Source: Candidatus Dormiibacterota bacterium
GTDB lineage: Bacteria; Chloroflexota; Dormibacteria; Aeolococcales; Aeolococcaceae
Assembly: GCA_963709585.1 (NCBI GenBank)
Contig: CAVPXI010000013.1
Coordinates: 128,001-192,000, forward strand
Direction of reading: 5' to 3'
DNA length: 64,000 nt
Every line of letters begins with the position of its first letter. Position 1 is the first letter of the stretch. This document shows, in pieces, positions 31,614 through 41,854 of this stretch. The position numbers and the translations under genes were made by a program. The notes below the pieces were generated by a model. It was given only the letters and a program-made list of their open reading frames with translations, made no database searches and had not been told where the DNA came from.

Positions 31614-33056
31614 GTGCGTCGTGGTTCCGCCACAGTCGCGCACGACCGTAGGCGATCGGTGCGCATTTGGACGCTGGCGCTCACGTCGTTGGCGGCGTTC
31701 ATGGTGTCGCTGGACGCGCTGGTCGTCGTCACTGCTCTGCCGTCGATTCAACGCGACCTCCGCGCTGACCTGTCCACCCTTGAGTGGACGCTCAACGCGT
31801 ACACACTCGCGTTCGCGGCGGGCATCGTCACCGCCGCCGCGCTCGGAGACCGCTTCGGCCGCCGCCGGGTGTTCGCCGGAGGCCTGGCGCTGTTCAGCGT
31901 GGCCTCGGCCGCGTGCGCGCTGGCGCCGACACCTGAGGCGCTGATCGCTGCCCGGGCCGTGCAGGGATTGGGAGCCGCCGTGGTGACCCCGCTTGCCCTG
32001 ACCATCCTGGCGAGCGCCTTCCCTGCCGAGCGGCGCGGCATGGTCCTGGGGCTCTGGGGAGGCATTACCGGGCTCGCCGTTGCCGGTGGCCCGCTGGTCG
32101 GCGGTGGGGTGACCCAGGGCCTCGATTGGCACTGGATCTTCTGGGTCAACGTGCCCATCGGAGTGCTGGCGACGCTGCTGGCGCTCACGCGGCTGCCGGA
32201 GAGTCGCGGGCCGGCATCGCGTCTCGACCCCATCGGGGCGCTGCTGGTGACCGCGGGCGCAGTGAGCATCGCATGGGGTCTGATCCGCGCCAACGGCCCG
32301 GGGTGGGGGAGCGGAGAGGTCATCGGTGCCCTGGGCGGCGGGGCCGTGCTCATCTTCGGGTTCATCCTCTGGGAGCGCCGAGCCCCGGCCCCGATGCTGC
32401 CTCTCGAGCTCTTCCGCATCAGAGCCTTCGCCGCCGCAAACGCAACCGGATTCCTGATGTTCGGGTCGATCTTCTCAGCCGCTTTCCTCATATCGCAGTA
32501 CTTCCAATTCGCCCTCGGCTACTCACCCGTGGCGACCGGACTGCGCTTCCTGCCGTGGACAGCCACGCCGATCGTGATCGCGCCGCTCGCCGGTGCTCTG
32601 TCCGACCGGATCGGCAGGCGGCCGCTGATGGCCACGGGCTTGTTCCTGCAGGCTGGCGGACTGCTTTGGATAGCCACTCACGCGACCACAAGTCTCGGCT
32701 ACGGGCAGCTCGTTATCCCAATGGTTGTCGCCGGGATCGGGATCTCGATGGCGATCCCCACTACGCCGACGGCGGCGCTGAGCGCTGTCGCGCCGCAGGA
32801 CATGGGCAAGGCATCCGGGGTCCAGAACACGCTGACCCGCTTCGGCAGCGTGTTCGCCGTTGCGGTCGCTGGCGCCGTCTTCGCCGGCTCCGGGCATCTG
32901 GGCTCGGCGTCAAGTTTTACCAACGGCTTCCGCCCAGCTCTTACCGTGGTCGCCGGAATCTCGGCATTGGGTGCGATCTCCGCGCTCGCTGTCGCGGAGC
33001 GCAGACGCGGCGCTGCCGAAGCGAAACCGGAGCCGGCACACGCCATGGCGTCATGA
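31614..33056 (+). CDS. DHA2-family MFS efflux transporter
   Basis: FMVSLDALVV, LGDRFGRRRVF, WHWIFWVNVPIG. Confidence 0.92.
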   Translation: MRRGSATVAHDRRRSVRIWTLALTSLAAFMVSLDALVVVTALPSIQRDLRADLSTLEWTLNAYTLAFAAGIVTAAALGDRFGRRRVFAGGLALFSVASAACALAPTPEALIAARAVQGLGAAVVTPLALTILASAFPAERRGMVLGLWGGITGLAVAGGPLVGGGVTQGLDWHWIFWVNVPIGVLATLLALTRLPESRGPASRLDPIGALLVTAGAVSIAWGLIRANGPGWGSGEVIGALGGGAVLIFGFILWERRAPAPMLPLELFRIRAFAAANATGFLMFGSIFSAAFLISQYFQFALGYSPVATGLRFLPWTATPIVIAPLAGALSDRIGRRPLMATGLFLQAGGLLWIATHATTSLGYGQLVIPMVVAGIGISMAIPTTPTAALSAVAPQDMGKASGVQNTLTRFGSVFAVAVAGAVFAGSGHLGSASSFTNGFRPALTVVAGISALGAISALAVAERRRGAAEAKPEPAHAMAS

Positions 33057-33110
33057 GTAACCGACGATGAGAATCTATCCAAAGCGCGACCGCTGGTTGA
33101 AAGGTTCCTG

Positions 33111-33893
33111 ATGACAAAGCACCGAACGGGAACACGCGGGGAGTGGCTCGCTGCGCGCACCGAGCTGCTCGCGAAGGAGAAGGAACTCACCCGCCAGAGC
33201 GACGAGCTCGCGCGTCAGCGGCAAGAGCTGCCGTGGGTCAGGCTGGACAGGGAGTACGCCTTCGACACGGACGAGGGGAGCGCGTCCTTCGCCGAGCTCT
33301 TCCGCGGACGCTCGCAGCTTGCTCGTCTACCACTTCATGTTCGGACCCGACTTCACCGCCGGCTGCCTTGCATGCTCGGCGATCGCTGACGGTTTCAACG
33401 GCTTCGCGATTCACCTTGCGAACCACGACGTGATGCTCTGGGCCGTATCCCGCACGCCACTCGACAAGCTTCAGGCGTACAAGCGGCGCATGGGCTGGAG
33501 CTTCCGTGGGCGTCGTCGAACGACAACGACTTCAACTTCGACTTCAACGTCTCCCTCACGGAGGAGCAGCAGCGCTCCGGATCCGAGTACAACTTCAGCA
33601 AAGTGCCCCCTCAACCGCCTGCCGAGGTGCCCACGGAGGGTCCGTTGGCGGCGTGGGCGGCCACGACGGGCACGGACTGGCCCACGTACACACGGGAACG
33701 GCCCGGGATGAGCGCGTTCGCGCTCGAGGACGGCTTCGTCTACAACACGTAGGCCGCGTACGCGCGCGGGCTCGACGCGCTCTGGGGCATGTACCAATGG
33801 CTCGACCGAGCGCCGCGCGGGCGAAACGAGCTGCGAGCCGAGGGCGATCCCCTCAACTTCTTCCACCGACACGACGAGTACGACGGCGACTGA
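33111..33893 (+). pseudogene. DUF899 thioredoxin-like protein, two frameshifts plus in-frame TAG
   Basis: EWLAARTELLAKEKEL...ELPWV; VYHFMFGP; QWLDRAPRGRNE; TAG at 33750-33752. Confidence 0.85.
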
Positions 33894-33993
33894 CGTCAGC
33901 CGAGCCCGGCAGGCGCGTTGCGACGGCGGTACTGAAGGCCGACGGGACTCGGTACGTCACCCTGGTCGTTGAAGCGCGCGGACGAGCGCAGTT

Positions 33994-34338
33994 AAAACTG
34001 TAAGCGCTATGTATGCGCTTGCCTGCCACAATCTCGTCCTATGAGCAGCGGCATCCGGCCTCAACCGTCGGAGTTGATGCCTTTTGCGGGAACAGCCATT
34101 ATTCCCGGTTAGAGCACTACACTCCGTGGCGCGTAGGCGCCCATCACACCTCGCTACCTCCTCTACGCGAACTCAAATTGCGCGTCCGTCGGGGAGACAG
34201 GACTCGAACCTGCGACCCCCTGGTCCCCCAGACTAGTACTTATTTCCCGCTGCGGGTTGCATTCGACTTAGAGTGCTTTCGTCCGGAAATGGTTTGGAAT
34301 GACGACTAGAGGACGGATGATGGAATCCGTTGGAATCG
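33994..34338 (-). repeat. Repeat family A copy 6 (full; core 34188-34236)
   Basis: AAAACTGTAAGCGCTATGTATGCGCT...GTCGGGGAGACAGGACTCGAACCTGCGACCCCCTGGTCCCCCAGACTAG...GGAATGACGACTAGAG. Confidence 0.9.
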
Positions 34339-34500
34339 ACTCGAAATCTCGAAGCGCTCTCCAGTGTCCCGTAGGCCCGGGCCCGCGCCGTCCCTGCGAA
34401 GATGATCCTGATGCGTTCATGCTGTCGAGTCCTTCTACTTGGTCCACTGCGGCGGTGGCTTGACTTTTCGATGCGTCCTGGCTGCTTAGGTGTGCACCGA

Positions 34501-35739
34501 TTAGCGCAGCGACCTGAACGCCGCTCGCATCTCGCCCGCAAAAAGCTCCGGTTGTTCCCAGGCGGCGAAGTGACCGCCCCTGTCGAGCTCGTTGAAGTAG
34601 ACGAGGTTCGGGTAGGCGCGCTCGGCCCAGTTGCGCGGTGGGGGGATGATCTCTCGTGGGAACCTGCTCACGGCTGCAGGGATCGAGACCGCGCCGCCGA
34701 CCTTGGCTTTGTGGGCGGTTTCCTCCCAGTAGATGCGGGCCGAGGACGCCGCGGTGTTCGTGAGCCAGTAAAGCGTGATGTCATCGAGCATCTCGTCTTT
34801 CGTGAGGGCGCACTCGGGTTCGCCGTCCGTGTCGGTCCACTCCGTGAACTTCTCGTAGAACCAGGCGGCCAAGCCGACCGGCGAGTCCGCTAGCGAGTAG
34901 CCGATCGTCTGCGGGCGTGTGCCCTGTATTGCCCGAAAGCCTGAGCCGCTCGCGGCAAAGCTCTTTGATGCCTCATAGGCGATGGTTTCCTCGGTTGACA
35001 GCCCCGCCGGCGGCGGTTCGCCGTTCTTGAGCGCCTTGGCGACCTCGGGCGGAATCGCCGTTTGCGTGTTCGCCGTTGGTGGCCGTTCGATCGCTCCCAG
35101 CAACGTGGTGACGTGGATACCAACCAGACCATCCGGGGCCTGGCGGCCCAACACGTCCGTGACGACCGCACCCCAGTCGCCGCCCTGGGATACATAGCGC
35201 CGATAGCCCAGCCGCCTCATCAGCTCAGCCCACGCGCCGGCGATGCGTTCGGGATTCCAGCCTGACGCCTGCGGCCGGGCGGAGAAGCCGAACCCGGGCA
35301 TTGACGGCACGACCAGATCGAACGCGTCCTCCGCCCCGGCTCCATGGGATTCGGGATCGCTAAGCGGCCCGATCACCTTCACGAACTCGAGGAACGAGCC
35401 CGGCCAGCCGTGGGTCAGGATCAGCGGCAGCGCGTTCGCATGAGGCGAGCGGACATGGATGAAATGGATGTCGAGCCCGTCGATCTCCGTGATGAACTGA
35501 GGGAACTCTTTCATCCTGGCCTCGAGGTTGCGCCAGTCGTAATCAGTGGCCCAGTAGTCGACCAGCTGCTGCACCCTTGCCAGCTGTATGCCCTGCGTGC
35601 GATCGTCGACGGTCTCACGGTCAGGCCAGCGCGGTGTCGCCACACGACGGCGGAGCTCCTGTAGCGACTCCTCCGGGATGTCGATCTGGAAGGGACGAAT
35701 ACTGACATTCGAGCCTTCCGCTGTGGTGCTGGAGGTCAT
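34501..35739 (-). CDS. Epoxide hydrolase (EHN + alpha/beta hydrolase)
   Basis: HGWPGS, QGGDWG nucleophile, [10 protein letters not shown]. Confidence 0.93.
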   Translation of the reverse strand: MTSSTTAEGSNVSIRPFQIDIPEESLQELRRRVATPRWPDRETVDDRTQGIQLARVQQLVDYWATDYDWRNLEARMKEFPQFITEIDGLDIHFIHVRSPHANALPLILTHGWPGSFLEFVKVIGPLSDPESHGAGAEDAFDLVVPSMPGFGFSARPQASGWNPERIAGAWAELMRRLGYRRYVSQGGDWGAVVTDVLGRQAPDGLVGIHVTTLLGAIERPPTANTQTAIPPEVAKALKNGEPPPAGLSTEETIAYEASKSFAASGSGFRAIQGTRPQTIGYSLADSPVGLAAWFYEKFTEWTDTDGEPECALTKDEMLDDITLYWLTNTAASSARIYWEETAHKAKVGGAVSIPAAVSRFPREIIPPPRNWAERAYPNLVYFNELDRGGHFAAWEQPELFAGEMRAAFRSLR

Positions 35740-35975
35740 CCGTGGAACCCCTTTCCTGCTAAGGGCCCAACACCCAACTTGACTCCGTACGAACCCCTTC
35801 CGATCGCTTGTGCCGATCGGCTATGCGGTCTTTGGCACTGTGCTGGCGATTTCAGCGCAGCCGCGTTCAAACGTCGGGTTGTCGGGGCCGTCATTTGTAC
35901 CGGCTGTATTGTGGGGCTTAGGCTTTGTGTCGAGCACTTCATTCGGCCCGACTACCTCCCTCGGGCTGGCTACTG

Positions 35976-36943
35976 CTAGCCGAAGGTGAAGACGTAGGCT
36001 TCGATGCTGGGAGCGAGGAAGGTGATCTCGAACGTGCGGTCGGTGATCGATCCCGGCTGGCGAACTAGCTGATAGAGCCGCGGTTGGGCCACCATGCCGT
36101 GGCCTTCTTCGTCCACGTCGACGCCGTGCGCGTCGCCGGGAGGCTCGCCGTCGATGAGCACTCGGAACGGCACGGACGTCCCTCGCTCCCGCGGTCGCAG
36201 GACGAGATGGACGTCGCGGGCGTGGAAGCGGAACGCGATCCGTCCCTCGGCTCGGTTCAGCAGGCTGGCCCCGCTCTCGATCGTCCAGTCCCCGGAGAGA
36301 GCCCAGTGGTTGAGGCTCAAAGAGTCGGGCGCGGCGTACGTTCGAGGTTCGTCGAACGCGACACCAGCGGAAGACGCGAAGTTCTGAGTTTGCTCGTAGC
36401 CGAGGTACGTCTCGGGCGACGCCAGGTTCGTCCAATCGGCTTGAGCCTCGAAACCATCGGCAGCGACGGAGACCAGAGCGTCACCGACGCCCTCAACCCG
36501 AGCCTCGCGCAGCAACCGCTGAATCACCCGTTCGGACTCTTCGTAGCGACCCTCGCCGAATTGGTGATGCCGGATTCGCCCATGCGCGTCTGCGATATAC
36601 ACGGCGGGCCAGTAGTGATTGCTGAACGCGCGCCACAGCCCATAGTCGCTGTCGATCGCGACCGGATACTCGATCCGCATGTCCCTCACGGCTTCGCGGA
36701 CGTTGTCGACGTCTTGCTCGAACGGGAACTCGGGCGTGTGCACACCGACGGTGACCAACCCCCGATCGTGGTACTTCTCGTCCCACGCGCGGACGTAAGA
36801 GAGCGTGCGGAGCCAGTTGATGCACGTGTACGTCCAGAAATCGACGAGAACGACCTTCCCCGCCACGTCCGCCGCGGCGAGCGGAGGCGAATTCAACCAC
36901 CCGATCGCCCCGTCGAAACCCGGGAGATGACCCTCGGAGGACA
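35976..36943 (-). CDS. DipZ-like thioredoxin/redoxin domain protein
   Basis: VLVDFWTYTCINW, GVHTPEFPFE, SPETYLGY, PRLYQLV...AYVFTFG; second Cys of CxxC replaced by W. Confidence 0.85.
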
Positions 36944-37069
36944 TCGGAGCCGGCCCTCCATGGCGGAACACGTCGCTCCAACTCACATCGCACCGGACTT
37001 GCATTCAGCCAGCCCTGGCAGCCGCCAGCGATAGTTATGGACGACGCTCGTCACTTCCTGGCTCCATGC

Positions 37070-37190
37070 TCCCGGAGCCGTCGGAACGCCCTCCGGATCT
37101 CTTTCGGAGAACAGCTCCGGCTCTTCCCACGCGGCGAAGTGGCCGCCCTTGTCGACTTCGTTGAAGTAGGTGACGTTAGGGTAGGCGTCG
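37070..37190 (-). pseudogene. C-terminal remnant of an epoxide hydrolase
   Basis: [28 protein letters not shown], homologous to the ends of the two full copies. Confidence 0.75.
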
Positions 37191-37685
37191 AGGTCCCGAA
37201 CCAGGACCACAGCGTGACGAATCGCCCCTGGCACAGCCAAGACGGTAACAACAAGCGGTGATACTCCGGGTATCTCGATCGCGACGAAGCAGGTGTCTCG
37301 GCCGGAGTCCCGAGAGACCCGCAACTCGCCACTTGCGCAACCGACCTCGCCGCCGGCGCCCATCGGGGTGAGTGTTCGCTCCGAGAGCAGTGCTTTTCCG
37401 CGCAAGGAGGAGCCGGTGCTAGCCGCCGTCCAGTTAATGCCGGCCACCCTGCGGACGAGCCGCGAGGCGCCCGCCGCCAAGCGGCGCACTGCTGCATCCA
37501 CCGCCAAGGGACGGCAGTCTCATCGGTCGCGGGCGCGCTGCCCTGGCCGACACCGGCGGCCACGCAGGCATCGGCGCGGACGCTTACGCGTGTCACCACC
37601 AAACCCGACTCAGTCTGCAGGGCCGGTCAGCGCTGCGAAGCCGTCAAAGAGGACCCATGATTGATGACCGCCTCAGTCGCGCGTC

Positions 37686-37800
37686 GACGTCTCATGGACG
37701 TTTGATGGACGGCGGCGGGAGACGGGGGTCTCCCGCGCCAGTACCACTACAGTCGGTGGGAGTTGACTTCTCGTACCGGCTAGCTGCAGCTGCGTGAGGG
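37686..37800 (+). repeat. Repeat family B copy 1
   Basis: GACGTCTCATGGACGTTTGATGGACGGCGGCGGGAGACGGGGGTCTCCCGCGCCAGTACCAC...GCTGCGTGAG. Confidence 0.85.
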
Positions 37801-37950
37801 AGCGCCTCAACATTGAGCGGCAACGGAGTCAGCGAAGCAGTCCATGGCTCGCAATGCGATTGGTCACAGGGAGACAGTGAGCCCGTCATAGGCCAGCTCC
37901 AAATCCAGCGTCGACCTCGGCTAACCGGTCGAGCATGGGCTGGCGCCAGG

Positions 37951-38418
37951 CTACTCGGACACTTGGGTGAGCCATTCGCCAGGAACTTGTCTGGTGGCCA
38001 CGTTGACGCGGTTGAAGACGTTCACGGTGGCGATCCACAAGACCAGCGCGGCTAGCGCCTTCTCGTCGTAGTGTTTGACGGCTTCGTCCCAGATCTCGTC
38101 AGGTACGGGGTCGGTGCGGTCGCTGAGCCGGGTGACGGCTTCGGTGAGGGCCAGGGCGGCACGTTCGGCGTCGGTGAAGTACGGGGTACCCCTCCAGGCG
38201 ACCAGAGTGAAGAGTCGCTCATCCGTCTCGCCACCTTTTCGGGCTTTGGCCGCGGCGCCAACGCAGACGCTGCATCCGTTGATCTGGCTGGCTCGCAGGT
38301 GGACGAGGTCGAGCGTTCGCTGTGGCACGCCACCTTGTTGCACGGCCTCGTTCAGCGCTCTGATCGGGGCCATGGCCTCGGGGATGATCACGGCCGGGTT
38401 CTTCATTCGGGCTTGCAT
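37951..38418 (-). CDS. Carboxymuconolactone decarboxylase/AhpD-like protein
   Basis: LVHLRASQINGCSVC, FTDAERAALALTEAVT, NVFNRVN. Confidence 0.92.
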   Translation of the reverse strand: MQARMKNPAVIIPEAMAPIRALNEAVQQGGVPQRTLDLVHLRASQINGCSVCVGAAAKARKGGETDERLFTLVAWRGTPYFTDAERAALALTEAVTRLSDRTDPVPDEIWDEAVKHYDEKALAALVLWIATVNVFNRVNVATRQVPGEWLTQVSE

Positions 38419-38500
38419 GACGGTGTTCCTCCTCGATGTCGATATCGTCTGCTTAGGTGCGATCGGGCGATTCGGGCATACGCTCGAGGCCGGCAAGCCT

Positions 38501-39343
38501 CTAGCCGCCGTTGACCCGCGACGCGTGGTCTAGGTCGCTGCGGTCCTCCTGCAGTCGCGCGGTCAGGAACTGGTCCCAGGTCTTGGTTCCGACCGTGAGC
38601 AGGGATGACGGAAGCAGAGCGCCCTGACGCACAGCCTTGCTTCCGGGTATCCGCACGGGAACCACCCACCGGTGGCGATGGGTGGCCGTCAGGTAGCTGC
38701 GAAACAGGTCCACCCAACTCGATACTTGCGGTCCGGCCATGTCCGGGGCGCGGCCGGCGGGCTCACCGAGGGCGAACTCGACGAGACGGGCCGCGACCTC
38801 GCCGGGATCGACCGGCTGGACACGAAAGCCAGCCGGCACCGGTGACACCACTGGGAATTTCGATAGTTTCCGGGAATTGTCGAAGCAATAGTCGTAGAAC
38901 TGCGTGACCCGAAGGATCGTCCACGGTAGGCCGCTGTTCTCCACGATCCGCTCGACCTCGAGCTTGGCCTTCACGTATCCCCATGACGCGATCTGGTCGA
39001 TGCCAACGATGGACGGCTGCACGAAGTGCGGAGAGCCGGTCCGGGTCGCCACCGTCACCAGATTCCTGGTCGCGTCCGCGTCGCCCTTCGTGCTGGTCGC
39101 GCAATGGATGATCGCCCCGACGCCGCTCACGGCCGGATCGATGCCGACGCCCCGCCGGAGATCTCCGATGAAGAACGTGACCTGGGGCAGCGTGTCGCGC
39201 TGGTGGCGGGCGAGCACACGCACCTCGCAGTCGGCGTCGACCAGCCGGGCAACGACAAGTCGTCCCAGGCGGCCGGTGCCACCCGTGACGAGGACGGTCG
39301 ATGTCATCTGATCGACTCCGGCGGCTTCGAGCACACGCGTCAT
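38501..39343 (-). CDS. NmrA-like NAD(P)-binding oxidoreductase
   Basis: VLVTGGTGRLG, YVKAKLEVE, WTILRVTQF. Confidence 0.9.
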   Translation of the reverse strand: MTRVLEAAGVDQMTSTVLVTGGTGRLGRLVVARLVDADCEVRVLARHQRDTLPQVTFFIGDLRRGVGIDPAVSGVGAIIHCATSTKGDADATRNLVTVATRTGSPHFVQPSIVGIDQIASWGYVKAKLEVERIVENSGLPWTILRVTQFYDYCFDNSRKLSKFPVVSPVPAGFRVQPVDPGEVAARLVEFALGEPAGRAPDMAGPQVSSWVDLFRSYLTATHRHRWVVPVRIPGSKAVRQGALLPSSLLTVGTKTWDQFLTARLQEDRSDLDHASRVNGG

Positions 39344-39354
39344 CCCAGGCTCCT

Positions 39355-39416
39355 TGTCACACTTGCTGTGTTTCGTTCGTCACTCCTATGACGGATGGCG
39401 ACAGAAGAATGTGACG
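39355..39416. promoter_or_regulatory. Pair of opposite-strand ECF41-type promoters
   Basis: Plus strand TGTCACA-N16-CGTC (39355-39381); minus strand CGTCACA-N16-CGTC (39416-39390); matches the known ECF41 consensus. Confidence 0.75.
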
Positions 39417-40295
39417 ATGGTTGAAACCGATGGGCTGACGGAGCGGTTCGAGGCCAGCCGGCCCCGGCTGCGGGCGGTGGCCTCCCGCATGCTTGGCTCC
39501 CACGCCGACGCGGACGACGCCGTCCAGGAGACGTGGCTGCGGCTTGACCGTACCGACGCCGGTGCGGTGGAGAACCTCAGCGGGTGGCTGACCACGGTCG
39601 TCGCGAGGGTGTGCCTAGACCAGCTGCGCGCCCGACGGTTACGGCGCGAAGACGCCGCAGGCGACCAGCTTCCAGACGAAATCGTGGGCATCGCGGACGA
39701 CTTCGACCCAGAACAGCAGGCTCTCCTTGCCGAGTCAGTCGGGTCCGCATTGCTCGTGGTGCTTGACATGCTGGCTCCAACCGAGCGCGTTGTGTTCGTG
39801 CTGCACGACATCTTCGCGATGCCGTTCGACGAAATCGGCCCCATCGTCGGGCGATCGTCGGGCGCGGCACGGCAGATCGCCAGTCGGGCCCGGCGCCGCC
39901 TGCAAGGCGCGGACAACGTTGCCGACCTCGACCTCACCCGCGGTCGGGAGGTTGCCGCCGCGTTTCTTGCTGCCTCCCGCGCGGGCAACTTCGACGCCCT
40001 GCTGAGCTTGCTCGATCCCGACGTTGTGGTCCGGTCAGATGACACCCCCATCCGGGGGGGACGAGCCAAGCCGACGGCCGAGGGCGCCGTAGCTGTAGCC
40101 ACATGGTTCTCGAAAGGGGCGAAGGGACTCCAAGGCGCGGTCATCGACAGCGCGGCCGGCATCGTCTGGGCTCCGGGCGGACGGCTTCGGGGTGTGCTCG
40201 GCCTGACAATCACGGACGGCAAAATCGTCGAGATCAACCTGATCGCAGACCCCGAGCGCATCCGCAAGTTCGACATTGTGTTCGTGGACGGATAA
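39417..40295 (+). CDS. ECF41/SigJ-like sigma factor with SnoaL extension
   Basis: RLRAVASRMLGSHADADDAVQETWLRL, ERVVFVLHDIF, LLDPDVVVRSD; oxidoreductase/CMD neighbours typical of ECF41. Confidence 0.9.
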   Translation: MVETDGLTERFEASRPRLRAVASRMLGSHADADDAVQETWLRLDRTDAGAVENLSGWLTTVVARVCLDQLRARRLRREDAAGDQLPDEIVGIADDFDPEQQALLAESVGSALLVVLDMLAPTERVVFVLHDIFAMPFDEIGPIVGRSSGAARQIASRARRRLQGADNVADLDLTRGREVAAAFLAASRAGNFDALLSLLDPDVVVRSDDTPIRGGRAKPTAEGAVAVATWFSKGAKGLQGAVIDSAAGIVWAPGGRLRGVLGLTITDGKIVEINLIADPERIRKFDIVFVDG

Positions 40296-40379
40296 CCGCA
40301 GTCGAGACATCGACACTGTCTGCTGAACACAAACGGACGCAGCTGCCGTAGCCGAGCTCTGTAGACGCATTGTCGCGGG

Positions 40380-41853
40380 TCAGCGACCTCCGTCAGCAAT
40401 GGACCGCGCTGCACGGCACTCGCACTCCTCGGGGCAGTCCATGAGCAGTACGCGCGACGTGGCGCTGAGGAAGTTGTACTGCCAGTGGAAGCCGCTCTGA
40501 GGTGCGACGCCAAGAAGTTCCTGTACAACAATCGACGCGCCCACAACGCCGGCAAGCCCGTTGACAAAGGGAGCCGCCCCGACGAAGTCACCGCCGGTTC
40601 CGCCCAGGCTGGACCGCGTGATGTAGCCGCAGATGAGTGTACTCGCACGTCGAGCGTCCTCAAGGTTCTGGCGATGGACGGCCGGAGCAGCCGCGATGTC
40701 ATCTTCTGAGATGGGCTGGTTGTACGAACTCGGTGATGCGCTCAGGCCGAAGGCCAGTCTGTTGTGCGACACGGGCAGGATAGGACACCGCGTCTGGGGG
40801 AGCCGTGTGCGCACCGAGGAGGCACTGGCCACCCTCTCCGGCCCTCCAAAGATGGACCTGGGCGGTTGTTCCGCCTGCAGCCATGTCAACAATGGTGTGA
40901 GGCCAGAGTTGCTGTATCGCATGTCTTGGTAGGGCCTCGTCGAAACCAGTGATGACCAGTGGTGGAAGCGGAAGACTCCAATCCCTGATCCTGGGGATGA
41001 AGAGATCCAACTCCTCCGTGTGTGGTGTGACGTCGAACCTGTGCAAGGCTCGCTTGATCAGCTGCGTCTTCTCGGTGCCGAAGTCGCCGGCGCAAACGAG
41101 CGCGTACGCGCCCCAGTTTTCAGGCCCAACGACCTCTCGATCGACGGTCAACAGAACGCCGGCGAGAGGAAGTTCCGATATCGCGGCTGCCCAGCCATTG
41201 CCCACTCCTCCACAACCAGCCAGCAAACCGTCAAGGTCCGGAATCGGTATAGAGAGAGGGAAACCCGTATCGAAGGCGCCAAGCGGGCCCGACTGGCCGG
41301 ACAGGAGAGACAACTCGCGCTCCCGCTGGACGGGCGGGTGGCCGATTAAGCGAAGAAAGGTTTCCGCCGCAGCGAGACAGGCCGCACCCATTGCACCAAG
41401 AGCGTTGACGGGTTCGGGGCTCCATGGCAATCGAACTGCCTCGGCGAGGGTCGCGGCGATCCTAGCAACCCAGCCCGTCGAGTTCACGGTGATGTGCTCC
41501 GGCCCGACCTGACTGACCGTGCCTACGGTGATGACGACGTCGGCATTGGTTTCGGCGACGTCGTTGATGGTGCTGGCGTGCACACCGTCGGTGATTGCGA
41601 CGGCAAGCGCGGCACACTGCTCGGCAAGGCGAGGGTTCCCCGCCGAGACGCGGACATTAGGGCAGAACCGGAGCAATTGATTAACGAGGGTGCGCACCAG
41701 GACGTGGGCGCTTGGGTCATTTTCGAGCAGGGAATCCAGTCGGACAAGAACCGTCGATGCGGTGAGGCGAGCGTCAATGTCGTCCTCGGATTCGTGCTGA
41801 AGACCAGCTCCGAGCCGTACTGGACGGCTATCAATTCGACTGCTATCGGCCAC
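40380..41853 (-). CDS. E1-like (ThiF/UBA) enzyme with N-terminal inactive adenylation-like domain; frameshift near 40730
   Basis: GCGGVG P-loop, VDREVVGPENW, K in EKTQ, GFD; continues in another frame as YNQPISEDD...LICGY...APFVNGLAGV...CPEECEC; GTG start 1 nt after the JAB stop. Confidence 0.8.
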
Positions 41854-41854
41854 G

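Noticed and set aside
33750-33752. Pyrrolysine or readthrough at the in-frame TAG in DUF899
   Set aside because: The gene also has two frameshifts, the position is expected to be Tyr, and there are no pyl genes in the window
1434-34236. Six functional tRNA-Pro genes
   Set aside because: Only 3' halves; no D arm or 5' acceptor strand, and several have broken anticodon or T stems
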